Part shown: positions 21,694-30,288 of the stretch, one piece after another
Numbering within the stretch: the stretch's first letter is position 1
Layout: each line of letters begins with the position of its first letter
Origin: Alphaproteobacteria bacterium
GTDB taxonomy: Bacteria; Pseudomonadota; Alphaproteobacteria; MPNO01; UBA830
Direction: 5' to 3'
Assembly (NCBI GenBank): GCA_038131485.1
Contig: JAYPPO010000007.1
Location: forward strand, 26,950-90,949
DNA length: 64,000 nt
The notes under the pieces: generated by a model
Databases searched by the model: none
Seen by the model: only the letters and a program-made list of their open reading frames with translations
Told to the model about the DNA's origin: nothing
Translations under genes and position numbers: made by a program

Positions 21694-22667
21694 CTAACCA
21701 AGCTTCTTAGCCAAATCCTCTGCTCTGAGGTGGGTGTAACGTTGGAGCATCCGTAGGTCTTTATGACCCGTGATGCTTGCAACCTCCATCACGTTCAGCC
21801 CCTTCTCAAAGAGCCTGCTAGTCGCTTCATGTCGAAGATCGTGAAAGTTCAGGTTCTCTATCTCTCCCCTTTTGCAGGTCCGTCTCCAAAGTCCTCGCAG
21901 GGCAACCGCGGTGAGAGGGAATACTCGATCACTAATGTCTCTCGGCAGGGCTGCTAATATCTCTGTTGCACGTAGGCTGAGAGGTACTGTTCTGGGTGAA
22001 CCATTTTTGGTGTTCTCTAGATGAATGGTCCTTAGGTCTAAATCCACGTCCGCCCATTCAATGCTGAGTAGCTCACCCCGTCTCATCGCTGTCTCTATTG
22101 CCAGGTCAATTAGGGGTGACAGCCAAATATTCTGAGATTGGTTTGCAGCGTTGAGCAGTGCCGATGCTTCGTCCCCTTCCAGACGTCTGTTTCTACCACT
22201 TGGTTCTTTCGGTTTAGATACATCGCTTAGCACATTCCTAACGCTCAAACCCCATTCCCTTCGACCAATGTCGAGAGCATGGCTAATTAACTGAAGCTCT
22301 TTTTTTGCCGTCGCTGGGGACACCTGCTGGAGGCGTTCGTCACGGTATTGAGCGATGTGGAATGTTTTCAATTTACCGAGAGGTACAGACGCAATCGTGT
22401 GTCTCTGCATCTTTGCTAAGCGTGCAATCTCTTCCTTATAGCCACGCTTCTTGATGCTTATTACCCCGCCATACTGCGCCAGCAATGCGCACAGCGTATC
22501 CACGTGTTTGATTTGAGAGGTGTAACGCCCCGTCTCAATCTGTCTTTCGGTTTCTGACGCCCACAGGTGAGCGTCTGATTTGCGTGAGAAGCTCTTACTG
22601 ATAGCTGGATATTCAGTTTTCGGATCTGGACATCCCAACGGCCTTTGCGTTTCCGAAACGTAGCCAT
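21694..22667 (-). pseudogene. Tyrosine-type site-specific integrase, single frameshift near the 5' end
   Basis: The ATG at 22667 gives MATFRKRKGRWDVQIRK. The body is in another frame (ORF 21694-22725: EYPAISKSFSRKSDAHLWASETERQIETGRY ... catalytic HDLRHEATSRL and GHKDLRMLQRYTH). The shift lies in an A-run at ~22615. Confidence 0.8.
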
Positions 22668-22779
22668 CTTCAACCTCACTGTGACAAGAGTGTGACAAAA
22701 GGTTGAATCGGGAGAATTGCGACAAGTTAAACGATGTCGGATAAAGCCCGTAAGCCCCGGGTGGACTTGGAGAAAATTT

Positions 22780-22856
22780 TGGTCGGAGTGAGAGGATTTG
22801 AACCTCCGGCCCCTGCCTCCCGAAGACAGTGCTCTACCAGGCTGAGCTACACTCCG
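22780..22856 (-). tRNA. tRNA-Pro (anticodon CGG)
   Basis: The reverse complement is CGGAGTGTAGCTCAGCCTGGTAGAGCACTGTCTTCGGGAGGCAGGGGCCGGAGGTTCAAATCCTCTCACTCCGACCA. Acceptor CGGAGTG/CACTCCG, anticodon loop TTCGGGA, encoded CCA. Confidence 0.9.
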
Positions 22857-23001
22857 ACCGGAACGGCCGCGGTTATAGCTCTCCATGGGCCAGCCCGCAA
22901 TAGATTGCCGCGGATATCAACGGCCGAGATGGGGGTTTATTGACTCGCGTCGTTGCCGGTTCCACTCTGCCGCAAAACACACAAGGACGGGAAATCAAAG
23001 G

Positions 23002-24189
23002 GTGTCCGAAGGGTCGTTGCCACTCAGCCGTTTCCGGGTGCTGGACCTGACGCGTGTGCGCGCTGGGCCGACCTGCGTGCGCCAGCTTGCCGACTGGGGC
23101 GCCGACTGCATCAAGATCGAACTGCCGCCGTCGGCGGGGATCAAGGAAGGCATCACGGGCGACCGCGCAGGCCCGGATTTCCAGAACCTCCACCGCAACA
23201 AACGTTCGATGACGCTCAACCTCAAGGAGGAGGCGGGGCGGGATATTTTCTACAAGCTGATCGAGAAATCCGACGTCGTCGTCGAGAACTACCGGCCCGA
23301 CGTGAAATACCGACTTGGCGTCGATTATGAGACGCTGAAGAAGGTGAATCCGCGAATTGTGCTCGGTTCGATCTCCGGCTTCGGCCAAGACGGGCCATAC
23401 GAAAAAAGGCCCGGCGTCGACCAGATCGCGCAGGGGCTCGGCGGCATCATGTCGATCACCGGCTTGCCGGGGCAGGGGCCGGTTCGCGTCGGCACCGCAA
23501 TAGCTGATTTATCCTCCGGCCTCTACTGCGCCATCGGCATCCTGATCGCGCTGCTTGAGCGTGAGGTGTCGGGCCAGGGGCAGTGGGTGCATACGTCGCT
23601 GCTTGAGGCACAGGTGTCGATGCTCGATTTCCAGGCCGCGCGCTGGCTGCTCAGCGGTGAGGTCGCGCCGCAGGCGGGCAATAACCATCCGACCTCGATA
23701 CCCACCGGCGTCTACAAATGCTCCGACGGTCATTTCAACATCGCGGCTGGCGGCCAAGAGATGTTCGAGCGCCTGTGCCGCGCGCTCGGCGACGAGGCGA
23801 TGGCAGCGAACCCTGACTACGCTAACGGAAAGCTGCGCTCCGAAAACCGAGATGCACTGCATGCAGACATCGAGGCGCATACGGTTAGCAAGACAAGCGC
23901 CGAGTGGATCGAAACCTTCAACGAATTCGGCGTGCCGTGCGGGCCTATCTATTCCATTGACCAGATGTTCGCCGACCCGCAGGTAAAGCATCTTGGGCTC
24001 GCCGCGCCGGTCACATCGCCGGTTCATGGCCCGCAGCACGTGGTCGGGCAGGCGGTCAATATGAGCCGCGCACGGCGGGACATCCGGACCGCCACGCCCG
24101 AACTTGGCGAACATACGGATGCAATTCTCGCCGATCTCGGATACGGCGAAGCCGAAATCGCGAAATTTCACGACGACAGTGTCGTCTGA
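23002..24189 (+). CDS. Family III CoA-transferase (CaiB/BaiF type)
   Basis: GTG at 23002 after AAGGA. The product starts (V)SEGSLPLSRFRVLDLTRVRAGPTCVRQLADWGADCIKIE, with NYRPDV and GFGQDGPY motifs. The ORF track's longer N-terminus has no support. Confidence 0.85.
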   Translation: MSEGSLPLSRFRVLDLTRVRAGPTCVRQLADWGADCIKIELPPSAGIKEGITGDRAGPDFQNLHRNKRSMTLNLKEEAGRDIFYKLIEKSDVVVENYRPDVKYRLGVDYETLKKVNPRIVLGSISGFGQDGPYEKRPGVDQIAQGLGGIMSITGLPGQGPVRVGTAIADLSSGLYCAIGILIALLEREVSGQGQWVHTSLLEAQVSMLDFQAARWLLSGEVAPQAGNNHPTSIPTGVYKCSDGHFNIAAGGQEMFERLCRALGDEAMAANPDYANGKLRSENRDALHADIEAHTVSKTSAEWIETFNEFGVPCGPIYSIDQMFADPQVKHLGLAAPVTSPVHGPQHVVGQAVNMSRARRDIRTATPELGEHTDAILADLGYGEAEIAKFHDDSVV

Positions 24190-24205
24190 CGGAGAGGAAA
24201 CTGTC

Positions 24206-25027
24206 ATGGCTGAAGCAGCATCGCAGCAACCTGCGGAGAAACCGCTGGCAAGAATGATTGCCCGCAAGGAGGGCGGCATCGGTTGGATGATCTACGACCA
24301 GGTCGCGAAGCATAATGCGGTCACCTACGATATGCGCCGCGCCATCCCCAGCATTATGGCCGACTTCGAGGCGGATGATGACGTCCGGGTGTGCGTGATT
24401 GCCGGAGCGGGAGAGAGGGCGTTTATCTCCGGTTCCGACATCTCCCAGTTCGGCGAGAAGCGGTCGTCCGAGGAAACCCGCGTTATGTACGACGAGGCGT
24501 CGGAGCAGGCCAATGCCGCGATGCAGGCGTTCTCGAAGCCGATGATTGCGATGATCCACGGATATTGCCTCGGCGCAGGCGTGCTGACAGCGATGCTGTG
24601 CGACTTCCGTATTGCCGCCGACAACGCGCAGTTCGGCGCGCCACCTGCGAAGCTCGGCCTCGGTTTCGGCTACGGCGGCGTCGAGAACCTCGTCCATCTC
24701 GTCGGCCAGGCGAACGCGGCCGAGATGTTGTTCACGGGCAGTCGCTGTTCGGCAGAGGATGCGCTGCGTATGGGCATGGTGAACCGCGTAGTGCCCTATG
24801 CCCAGCTGGAGAAGACCGTGACCGAAATCGCCGGTGTCATCGCCGCCAACGCGCCCCTGACCCTGCGGTCGGTCAAGACGTCGATCCGGAACGTGCTGCG
24901 CGACGAGAGCCGTCGCGACATGGCGAAGGTGCAGGCGCAGATCGACGCCTGCTTCGCCAGCGAGGATTATCTGGAAGGTCAGAAGGCGTTCATGGAAAAG
25001 CGCAAGCCGCAGTTCAAAGGGCGCTAG
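24206..25027 (+). CDS. Enoyl-CoA hydratase/isomerase (crotonase) family protein
   Basis: ATG at 24206 after GGAGAGGAAA. VCVIAGAGERAFISGSDI and MIHGYCLGAGV oxyanion-hole regions. Confidence 0.85.
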   Translation: MAEAASQQPAEKPLARMIARKEGGIGWMIYDQVAKHNAVTYDMRRAIPSIMADFEADDDVRVCVIAGAGERAFISGSDISQFGEKRSSEETRVMYDEASEQANAAMQAFSKPMIAMIHGYCLGAGVLTAMLCDFRIAADNAQFGAPPAKLGLGFGYGGVENLVHLVGQANAAEMLFTGSRCSAEDALRMGMVNRVVPYAQLEKTVTEIAGVIAANAPLTLRSVKTSIRNVLRDESRRDMAKVQAQIDACFASEDYLEGQKAFMEKRKPQFKGR

Positions 25028-25046
25028 AGGGAAGGCCGTGTCGATA

Positions 25047-25073
25047 TCCCCTTCCCCCTATAGGGGAGAGGGA
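25047..25073. repeat. Imperfect palindrome with GGGGAGAG core (REP-like intergenic element)
   Basis: TCCCCTTCCCCC-TATA-GGGGAGAGGGA lies between convergent genes. The 8-mer CTCTCCCC/GGGGAGAG recurs in the 48.67-48.74 kb spacer. Confidence 0.3.
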
Positions 25074-25089
25074 CGAACCCAGAAATTCG

Positions 25090-26112
25090 TTAGAATGACC
25101 GGTGGATCGCGAACTGGACGGCTTCTTGTAGCGCGTCCTTGATTTCGCAATCGGGGAACGGATCCAGCGCTGCGCAGGCTCGCGCGCCGTAGTCCTTGGC
25201 GCGTTCCTGAGTCGCGGCGAGCGCACCCGATTTCTCAAGCATTGAGACGGCGCGGCGGAAGTCGCCCTTCTTCTGTTCCAAATCTTCCAGCGTCCGGCGC
25301 CAGAATGCCCTCTCGTCGGTATCGGCGGCCGCAAAAGCGAAGACGATCGGAAGCGTGATCTTTCCTTCGCGGAAATCGTCGCCCACGGTCTTGCCCAATG
25401 TCGCCTGGCGCGCAGAATAATCGAGCATGTCGTCGATCAGCTGGAACGCCATGCCGAGATTGTGGCCAAAGGAGTCAAGCGCTTCCCAATCCGATTTGGG
25501 TCGGTCCGCGACGACGGCGCCGATTTCGGATGCGGCCGCGAACAGCTTTGCGGTCTTGGAACGGATGACCTCAAGATAGTCGGCTTCCGTCGTTTCGGTG
25601 TCGTTGGCGGTGACGAGTTGCAGGACCTCGCCCTCCGCGATAATCGACGACGCTTGTGATAAGATACGAAGCACGTCGAGATTGCCGTCTTCGACCATAA
25701 GCTCGAAAGCGCGACTGAACAGGAAATCGCCGACAAGAACGCTCGACTTATTGCCGAAGACTGCGTTCGCGCTGGCCGCGCCGCGGCGCAGGTCGCTCTC
25801 GTCGACGACATCGTCGTGCAGCAGTGTCGCAGTGTGGATGAACTCCACGCAAGCGGCGAGGCCGATATGGCGGTCGCCCTCGTAGCCACACATGCGGGCG
25901 CAGGCTAGCGTCAGCATAGGTCGGAGCCGCTTACCGCCCGCAGCGATGATGTGGCCGGCGACCTGAGGAATCAGGATTACCGGGCTTTCCATGCGATCGA
26001 TGATCGTTTTGTTGACGTTTTGGATGTCGTCCGACGTCAACATGCTAAGCGCTTCCATTGACGGCGCAGGACGTCCTGGCCAGTTCTTATCGAAATTGAC
26101 GACGACGCTCAC
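25090..26112 (-). CDS. ispB: Polyprenyl (octaprenyl-type) diphosphate synthase
   Basis: GGKRLRP, first DDxxD (LLHDDVVDESDLRRG) and second DDxxD (QLIDDMLDY) motifs. 340-aa ORF; the start is not resolved. Confidence 0.85.
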   Translation of the reverse strand: MSVVVNFDKNWPGRPAPSMEALSMLTSDDIQNVNKTIIDRMESPVILIPQVAGHIIAAGGKRLRPMLTLACARMCGYEGDRHIGLAACVEFIHTATLLHDDVVDESDLRRGAASANAVFGNKSSVLVGDFLFSRAFELMVEDGNLDVLRILSQASSIIAEGEVLQLVTANDTETTEADYLEVIRSKTAKLFAAASEIGAVVADRPKSDWEALDSFGHNLGMAFQLIDDMLDYSARQATLGKTVGDDFREGKITLPIVFAFAAADTDERAFWRRTLEDLEQKKGDFRRAVSMLEKSGALAATQERAKDYGARACAALDPFPDCEIKDALQEAVQFAIHRSF

Positions 26113-26189
26113 TAAAACCCCGATTCTTGACGGTTAATGCCTACAATCCGAACATAGTTGAGGCGAAGTTGTGGTCAAGGCGCATCGGT

Positions 26190-26408
26190 GTGAAAGAACT
26201 TCTCAGAACTAACGAGCGAGTGTTTTTGTCTTGGGGACAAGCGTTGCTTGCGGCCGGGGAAATTAAGGCATTCGTATTGGACGGGCATATGAGCGTCCTC
26301 GAGGGAAGCGCGAGCGCAATACCGATGCGTCTGATGGTTGCGGACGCGGATTATGGCCGCGCGAGGCGTCTTTTCGAGGATGCGGGCGAGGGGGACAGGC
26401 TTGTCTGA
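26190..26408 (+). CDS. DUF2007-like small protein
   Basis: VKELLRTNERVFLSWGQALLAAGEIKAFVLDGHMSVLEGSASAIPMRLMVADADYGRARRLFEDAG. GTG at 26190 is preferred over the upstream TTG at 26127 on the basis of the family-like N-terminus. Confidence 0.6.
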   Translation: MKELLRTNERVFLSWGQALLAAGEIKAFVLDGHMSVLEGSASAIPMRLMVADADYGRARRLFEDAGEGDRLV

Positions 26409-27168
26409 CCCCGTTCTGCCCTCAGGGATTACCGAGGATGCCTTTCTTGGCGGGGCGCTGACCCTGCGCCAGCCCACGGGCGGTTACCGAGCTGCCATAG
26501 ATCCCGTATTTCTTGCGGCTGCCGTCTCCGCTGAGCCGGGGCAGATGGTACTTGACGCCGGTGCGGGGCACGGCGCCGCAGCGCTCTGCCTTGCCCGCCG
26601 GGTCGAGGGCGTCCGTGTCACCGGCATCGAGCTTCAGGCGGACATGGTTCGTCTCGCGAACGACAACGCGCGGCTCAATGGTCTCGAACGTTTGGTCCAG
26701 GTTATGATCGGCGATCTGAAGACGCCGCTGCCGCGCCTGGTACCAGGCTCGTTCGACCATGCAATGGCGAACCCGCCTTTTCTCGATCCCGGCCGTGCGG
26801 TCGCTTCGCCGGAACCTGGCCGGGCGACCGCCAATGTCGAGGGTGCCGCGACGCTTAACGACTGGATTGGGTTTCTCTTGCGCATGGTGAAGGAGAGAGG
26901 TTCACTAACCGTGATCCAGCGCGCCGACCGACTGGTCGAAATTCTCGCGCTGCTCGACGGCCGCGCGGGGGAAATCGTGGTTTACTCGTTGTGGCCGAGA
27001 GATGGTGTAGCGGCGCGCAGGGTGCTCGTGCGCGCCCGGAAGGGAATCCGGACGCCGATGACCATTTCCCCCGGTATGGTCCTGCATCGAGACGACGGCG
27101 GCTTCACGCCCGCTGCTGACGCTGTGTTGCGCGGCGCGGCACTGGATATCGCGCCGGCGCGAACATGA
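26401..27168 (+). CDS. SAM-dependent N6-adenine-type methyltransferase (tRNA m6A37 methyltransferase-like)
   Basis: The TTG at 26401 gives LSDPVLPSGITEDAFLGGALTLRQPTGGYRAAIDPVFLAA. SAM motif VLDAGAGHGAAAL and catalytic NPPF (MANPPFLDPG). Confidence 0.75.
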   Translation: MSDPVLPSGITEDAFLGGALTLRQPTGGYRAAIDPVFLAAAVSAEPGQMVLDAGAGHGAAALCLARRVEGVRVTGIELQADMVRLANDNARLNGLERLVQVMIGDLKTPLPRLVPGSFDHAMANPPFLDPGRAVASPEPGRATANVEGAATLNDWIGFLLRMVKERGSLTVIQRADRLVEILALLDGRAGEIVVYSLWPRDGVAARRVLVRARKGIRTPMTISPGMVLHRDDGGFTPAADAVLRGAALDIAPART

Positions 27169-27179
27169 TATAACCGGGC

Positions 27180-28049
27180 ATGCGTATCGAAGATGTGAAA
27201 AAGCAGTTTTACCGCCTACTTGCCGCTTTGCCGGTAGAAAGGTTCAGAAACCCCGCGCCCGTTGTCGGCGTCTTGCGCTTCGAGGGTGTTATCGGCCGCG
27301 CAGCCGGGCCGAGCCGATCCGGCATTACCCTGTCCGGCCACGAGAAGGCGATCGAGAAGCTGTTTTCGACGCGCAACCTGAAGGCTGCGGCGCTCGTCGT
27401 TAATTCTCCAGGTGGTTCGCCCGTCCAAAGCGCACTGATCGCGAAACGTGTGCGCGACCTCGCCGCCGAAAAAGAGGTGCCGGTTGTCGCATTCTGCGAG
27501 GACATCGCGGCGTCGGGCGGCTACTGGTTGGCCTGTGCCGGCGACGAGATTTTTGCTGACGCAACGTCGATCGTGGGCTCCATCGGGGTGATCTCGGCGG
27601 GCTTTGGGTTAAACGACCTGATCGAGCGCTACGGCGTGGAAAGACGCGTCCATGCGACCGGCCCACGCAAGGGGATGCTCGATCCGTTCCAGCCGGAAAA
27701 GGCGGACGATGTTGACCGATTGCGCGAACTGCATGCCGACATCTTCGAGACCTTCAAGGATTACGTCCGCGACCGCCGAGGTGAAAGGCTGATTGCGAGG
27801 GACGATACGCTGTTCACCGGCGACGTCTGGACTGGCCGCCAGGCAGTCGAGAACGGGCTTGTCGATGGGCTTGCTGAGATGCGCTCAGAAATGCGTCGCC
27901 GGTTCGGCGACGAGGTGAAGTTCCGCAAGGCGGATATACGACGCGGACTGTTAAGCCGCCTGCGGGGCGGCGGTGCCTCGGCTATCGACCCTGCCGCCAT
28001 CGTATCGGCGCTCGACGAGTGGGCGTTCTGGAAACGCTACGGGTTGTGA
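27180..28049 (+). CDS. S49-family peptidase (SppA-like)
   Basis: Intact 289 aa: VNSPGGSPVQS, AASGGYWLACAGDEIFA, VGSIGV. Confidence 0.85.
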   Translation: MRIEDVKKQFYRLLAALPVERFRNPAPVVGVLRFEGVIGRAAGPSRSGITLSGHEKAIEKLFSTRNLKAAALVVNSPGGSPVQSALIAKRVRDLAAEKEVPVVAFCEDIAASGGYWLACAGDEIFADATSIVGSIGVISAGFGLNDLIERYGVERRVHATGPRKGMLDPFQPEKADDVDRLRELHADIFETFKDYVRDRRGERLIARDDTLFTGDVWTGRQAVENGLVDGLAEMRSEMRRRFGDEVKFRKADIRRGLLSRLRGGGASAIDPAAIVSALDEWAFWKRYGL

Positions 28050-28065
28050 GGGCCGGAAATTGATT

Positions 28066-28266
28066 ATGAAATACGTCATTCTAGTGGCGATCGTCGGGGT
28101 GGTCTGGTACGGATTCAAATTGATCGCCCGTCGGAACAAAGCGAAGCAGATACAGGATGATCAGCGCGACAGCGTCGAGGACGTGACCTCTTGCCCCGTC
28201 TGCGGTGTCTACGTCACGCCTCAGCAGGCCGACTGCGGACGGGAAGCTTGCCCGTACGTGAGGTGA
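28066..28266 (+). CDS. Small membrane protein with C-terminal Cys motif (PP0621-like)
   Basis: The ATG at 28066 gives MKYVILVAIVGVVWYGFKLI (a TM helix), followed by CPVCGVYV..C..C. Confidence 0.55.
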   Translation: MKYVILVAIVGVVWYGFKLIARRNKAKQIQDDQRDSVEDVTSCPVCGVYVTPQQADCGREACPYVR

Positions 28267-28281
28267 AAGCTTCGCCGAGCC

Positions 28282-29280
28282 CTATACAGTCACTTCCGCG
28301 CCGCCGTCCCGCGAAGAGATCAGCATCGCTTCCAGAGCCGCAACGCCGTTGATTGCATCGGTCGGCGGGATCGGCCAGCGGGCCTTGCCCTGTGCCGCCG
28401 CAGCAAATAGCTCGAGCTGCTTGCGGCACATGTCGACGGCCTCGAATTCCTCGACGACGAGATCGTCGCCTAGCATCTGATGCTCGATGCGATCGGTTCC
28501 GCGCACTTCCGCCCAGCCCTTGTCGCCATACAAATGCAGCCGGTTGAAATTGGGCGCGACGCCGATGGCCGTCAGCGTCCCCGTCTCGCCGCCCGCGAAC
28601 CGCAGCGTGACCGACGCGCAGTCCGAGAAGCCGTGCTTCACAACTTGTGTTGTCGCATTGACCGACAGGGCGGCGACTGGGCTCATCAGCTCGATCATAA
28701 TGTACATCATGTGATCGGCGAGGCTACCTGGCGGATTAGTCTCTGGGTCGGCCTTCCACGCATCTCCTTCGAAGGTCAGCATGCGGTCGACGATGAAGTC
28801 GCCCGACGCGTGGAAAATGCGGCCGAGATCGCCGCCGCGCACCAGTTCGCGGAGCCGGTCCATGGCGGGCGCGAAGCAACGGTCGTAGCCCATCGCGACG
28901 AGGGTGCCCTTCGCTTCCGCAGCGGCATAAAGCTTTTCTGCATCGGCGCCGGTGGTTGCCAGGGGCTTGATGACGAGTACCGGCTTGCCCGCTTCGGCGG
29001 CGGCCAATGCGTCGGTGGCATGGAAGGCGGCGTGGCCCGCAACTACGATTCCGTCGACCTTGTCGTAAATGGCGGCCGCATCCTCCACGACCGCTATCCC
29101 GCGCTCCGCGGCAAAGTCGGTTACCTTGGCGGGGGTTCGCGTTGCCGCCGCTACGATGCGGACGCTGTCGCTCTTATTGTGAACTGAATTGACGAGGCGT
29201 TTGCCCCAGGCGCCGAGCCCCACGATGCCGAGTTTCAACACGTTATTCTCCCTGATCAACCGTTTTGTATTTGCGCTCAA
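28282..29280 (-). CDS. Gfo/Idh/MocA-family oxidoreductase
   Basis: 332 aa with N-terminal Rossmann motif LKLGIVGLGAWGKRLV. Confidence 0.85.
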   Translation of the reverse strand: MSANTKRLIRENNVLKLGIVGLGAWGKRLVNSVHNKSDSVRIVAAATRTPAKVTDFAAERGIAVVEDAAAIYDKVDGIVVAGHAAFHATDALAAAEAGKPVLVIKPLATTGADAEKLYAAAEAKGTLVAMGYDRCFAPAMDRLRELVRGGDLGRIFHASGDFIVDRMLTFEGDAWKADPETNPPGSLADHMMYIMIELMSPVAALSVNATTQVVKHGFSDCASVTLRFAGGETGTLTAIGVAPNFNRLHLYGDKGWAEVRGTDRIEHQMLGDDLVVEEFEAVDMCRKQLELFAAAAQGKARWPIPPTDAINGVAALEAMLISSRDGGAEVTV

Positions 29281-29335
29281 AACCTAGCGGAAACCCCTGA
29301 CAACGCGAAACCGTTAACGAGTCGCCAGCGAGTCG

Positions 29336-29364
29336 TTGACCCCCCTGCCGTGCGCCCCTATTTT
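29336..29364 (+). promoter_or_regulatory. Candidate sigma70-type promoter for glyQS
   Basis: TTGACC (29336-29341), 17-nt spacer, TATTTT (29359-29364), ~35 nt upstream of the glyQ ATG. Confidence 0.3.
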
Positions 29365-29399
29365 GCACCGCAACATCAACCTAACCTGAGTGCAGTGAA

Positions 29400-30287
29400 A
29401 TGTCGCGGAACAGCGCTGCGGACACCTCTTTTCAGTCGCTTATACTCAAGCTTCACGCCTACTGGGCACGGCAGGGCTGCGTAATTCTGCAGCCCTACGA
29501 CATGGAAGTCGGCGCGGGCACTTTTCATCCTGCAACAACACTTCGCGCGCTCGGCCCCGAGCCATGGAAGGCGGCCTACGTGCAGCCGTCGCGGCGGCCT
29601 ACCGACGGTCGCTACGGCGAGAACCCGAACCGGCTGCAGCATTACTACCAGTATCAGGCAATTCTGAAGCCGTCACCGGCGAACAGTCAGGAACTTTATC
29701 TCAACTCGTTGCGCGAGCTCGGCATAGATCCCAACTACCACGACATCCGTTTCATCGAGGACGACTGGGAAAGCCCCACGCTGGGCGCCGCGGGCCTTGG
29801 TTGGGAAGTCTGGTGTGACGGTATGGAAGTCACCCAGTTCACTTATTTCCAACAGGTTGGCGGCATTGAATGCGATCCGGTATCGGTCGAGCTGACCTAC
29901 GGGCTCGAGCGCCTCGCGATGTATATCCAGGGCGTTGAGAACGTTTACGACCTCGACTTCAACGGCGCGGGTGTTACCTACGGCGACGTGTTCCTGCGGG
30001 CCGAGAGGGAGTATTCGGCGCATAATTTCGAGCACGCGAATGTTGATCTGCTGTTCCAGCGGTTCGTGTTTGCCGAGCAGGAATGCCGGGAGCTTCTGGC
30101 GCAGAAACTGGCGCTGCCCGCCTATGACCAGTGCATCAAGGCAAGTCACGTCTTCAACCTGCTGGACGCGCGGAGCGCGATCAGCGTGACCGAGCGCGCC
30201 TCCTATATCGGGCGCGTGCGCGGAATGGCGAAGGGTTGCTGCGAGGTATGGCTCGGCATCGAGGCGCCCGCCGAGGCGGCGGAATAA
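29400..30287 (+). CDS. glyQ: Glycine--tRNA ligase alpha subunit
   Basis: Highly typical sequence [73 protein letters not shown]. Confidence 0.95.
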   Translation: MSRNSAADTSFQSLILKLHAYWARQGCVILQPYDMEVGAGTFHPATTLRALGPEPWKAAYVQPSRRPTDGRYGENPNRLQHYYQYQAILKPSPANSQELYLNSLRELGIDPNYHDIRFIEDDWESPTLGAAGLGWEVWCDGMEVTQFTYFQQVGGIECDPVSVELTYGLERLAMYIQGVENVYDLDFNGAGVTYGDVFLRAEREYSAHNFEHANVDLLFQRFVFAEQECRELLAQKLALPAYDQCIKASHVFNLLDARSAISVTERASYIGRVRGMAKGCCEVWLGIEAPAEAAE

Positions 30288-30288
30288 G

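Larger units (their letters stand above)
20690..22779. mobile_element. Small AT-rich integrase islet abutting the 3' end of tRNA-Pro
   Basis: There is a visible drop in GC relative to both flanks. The islet carries a tyrosine integrase next to the tRNA 3' end and one orphan secreted ORF. I found no flanking direct repeat by eye, so the left boundary rests on composition only. Confidence 0.55.
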
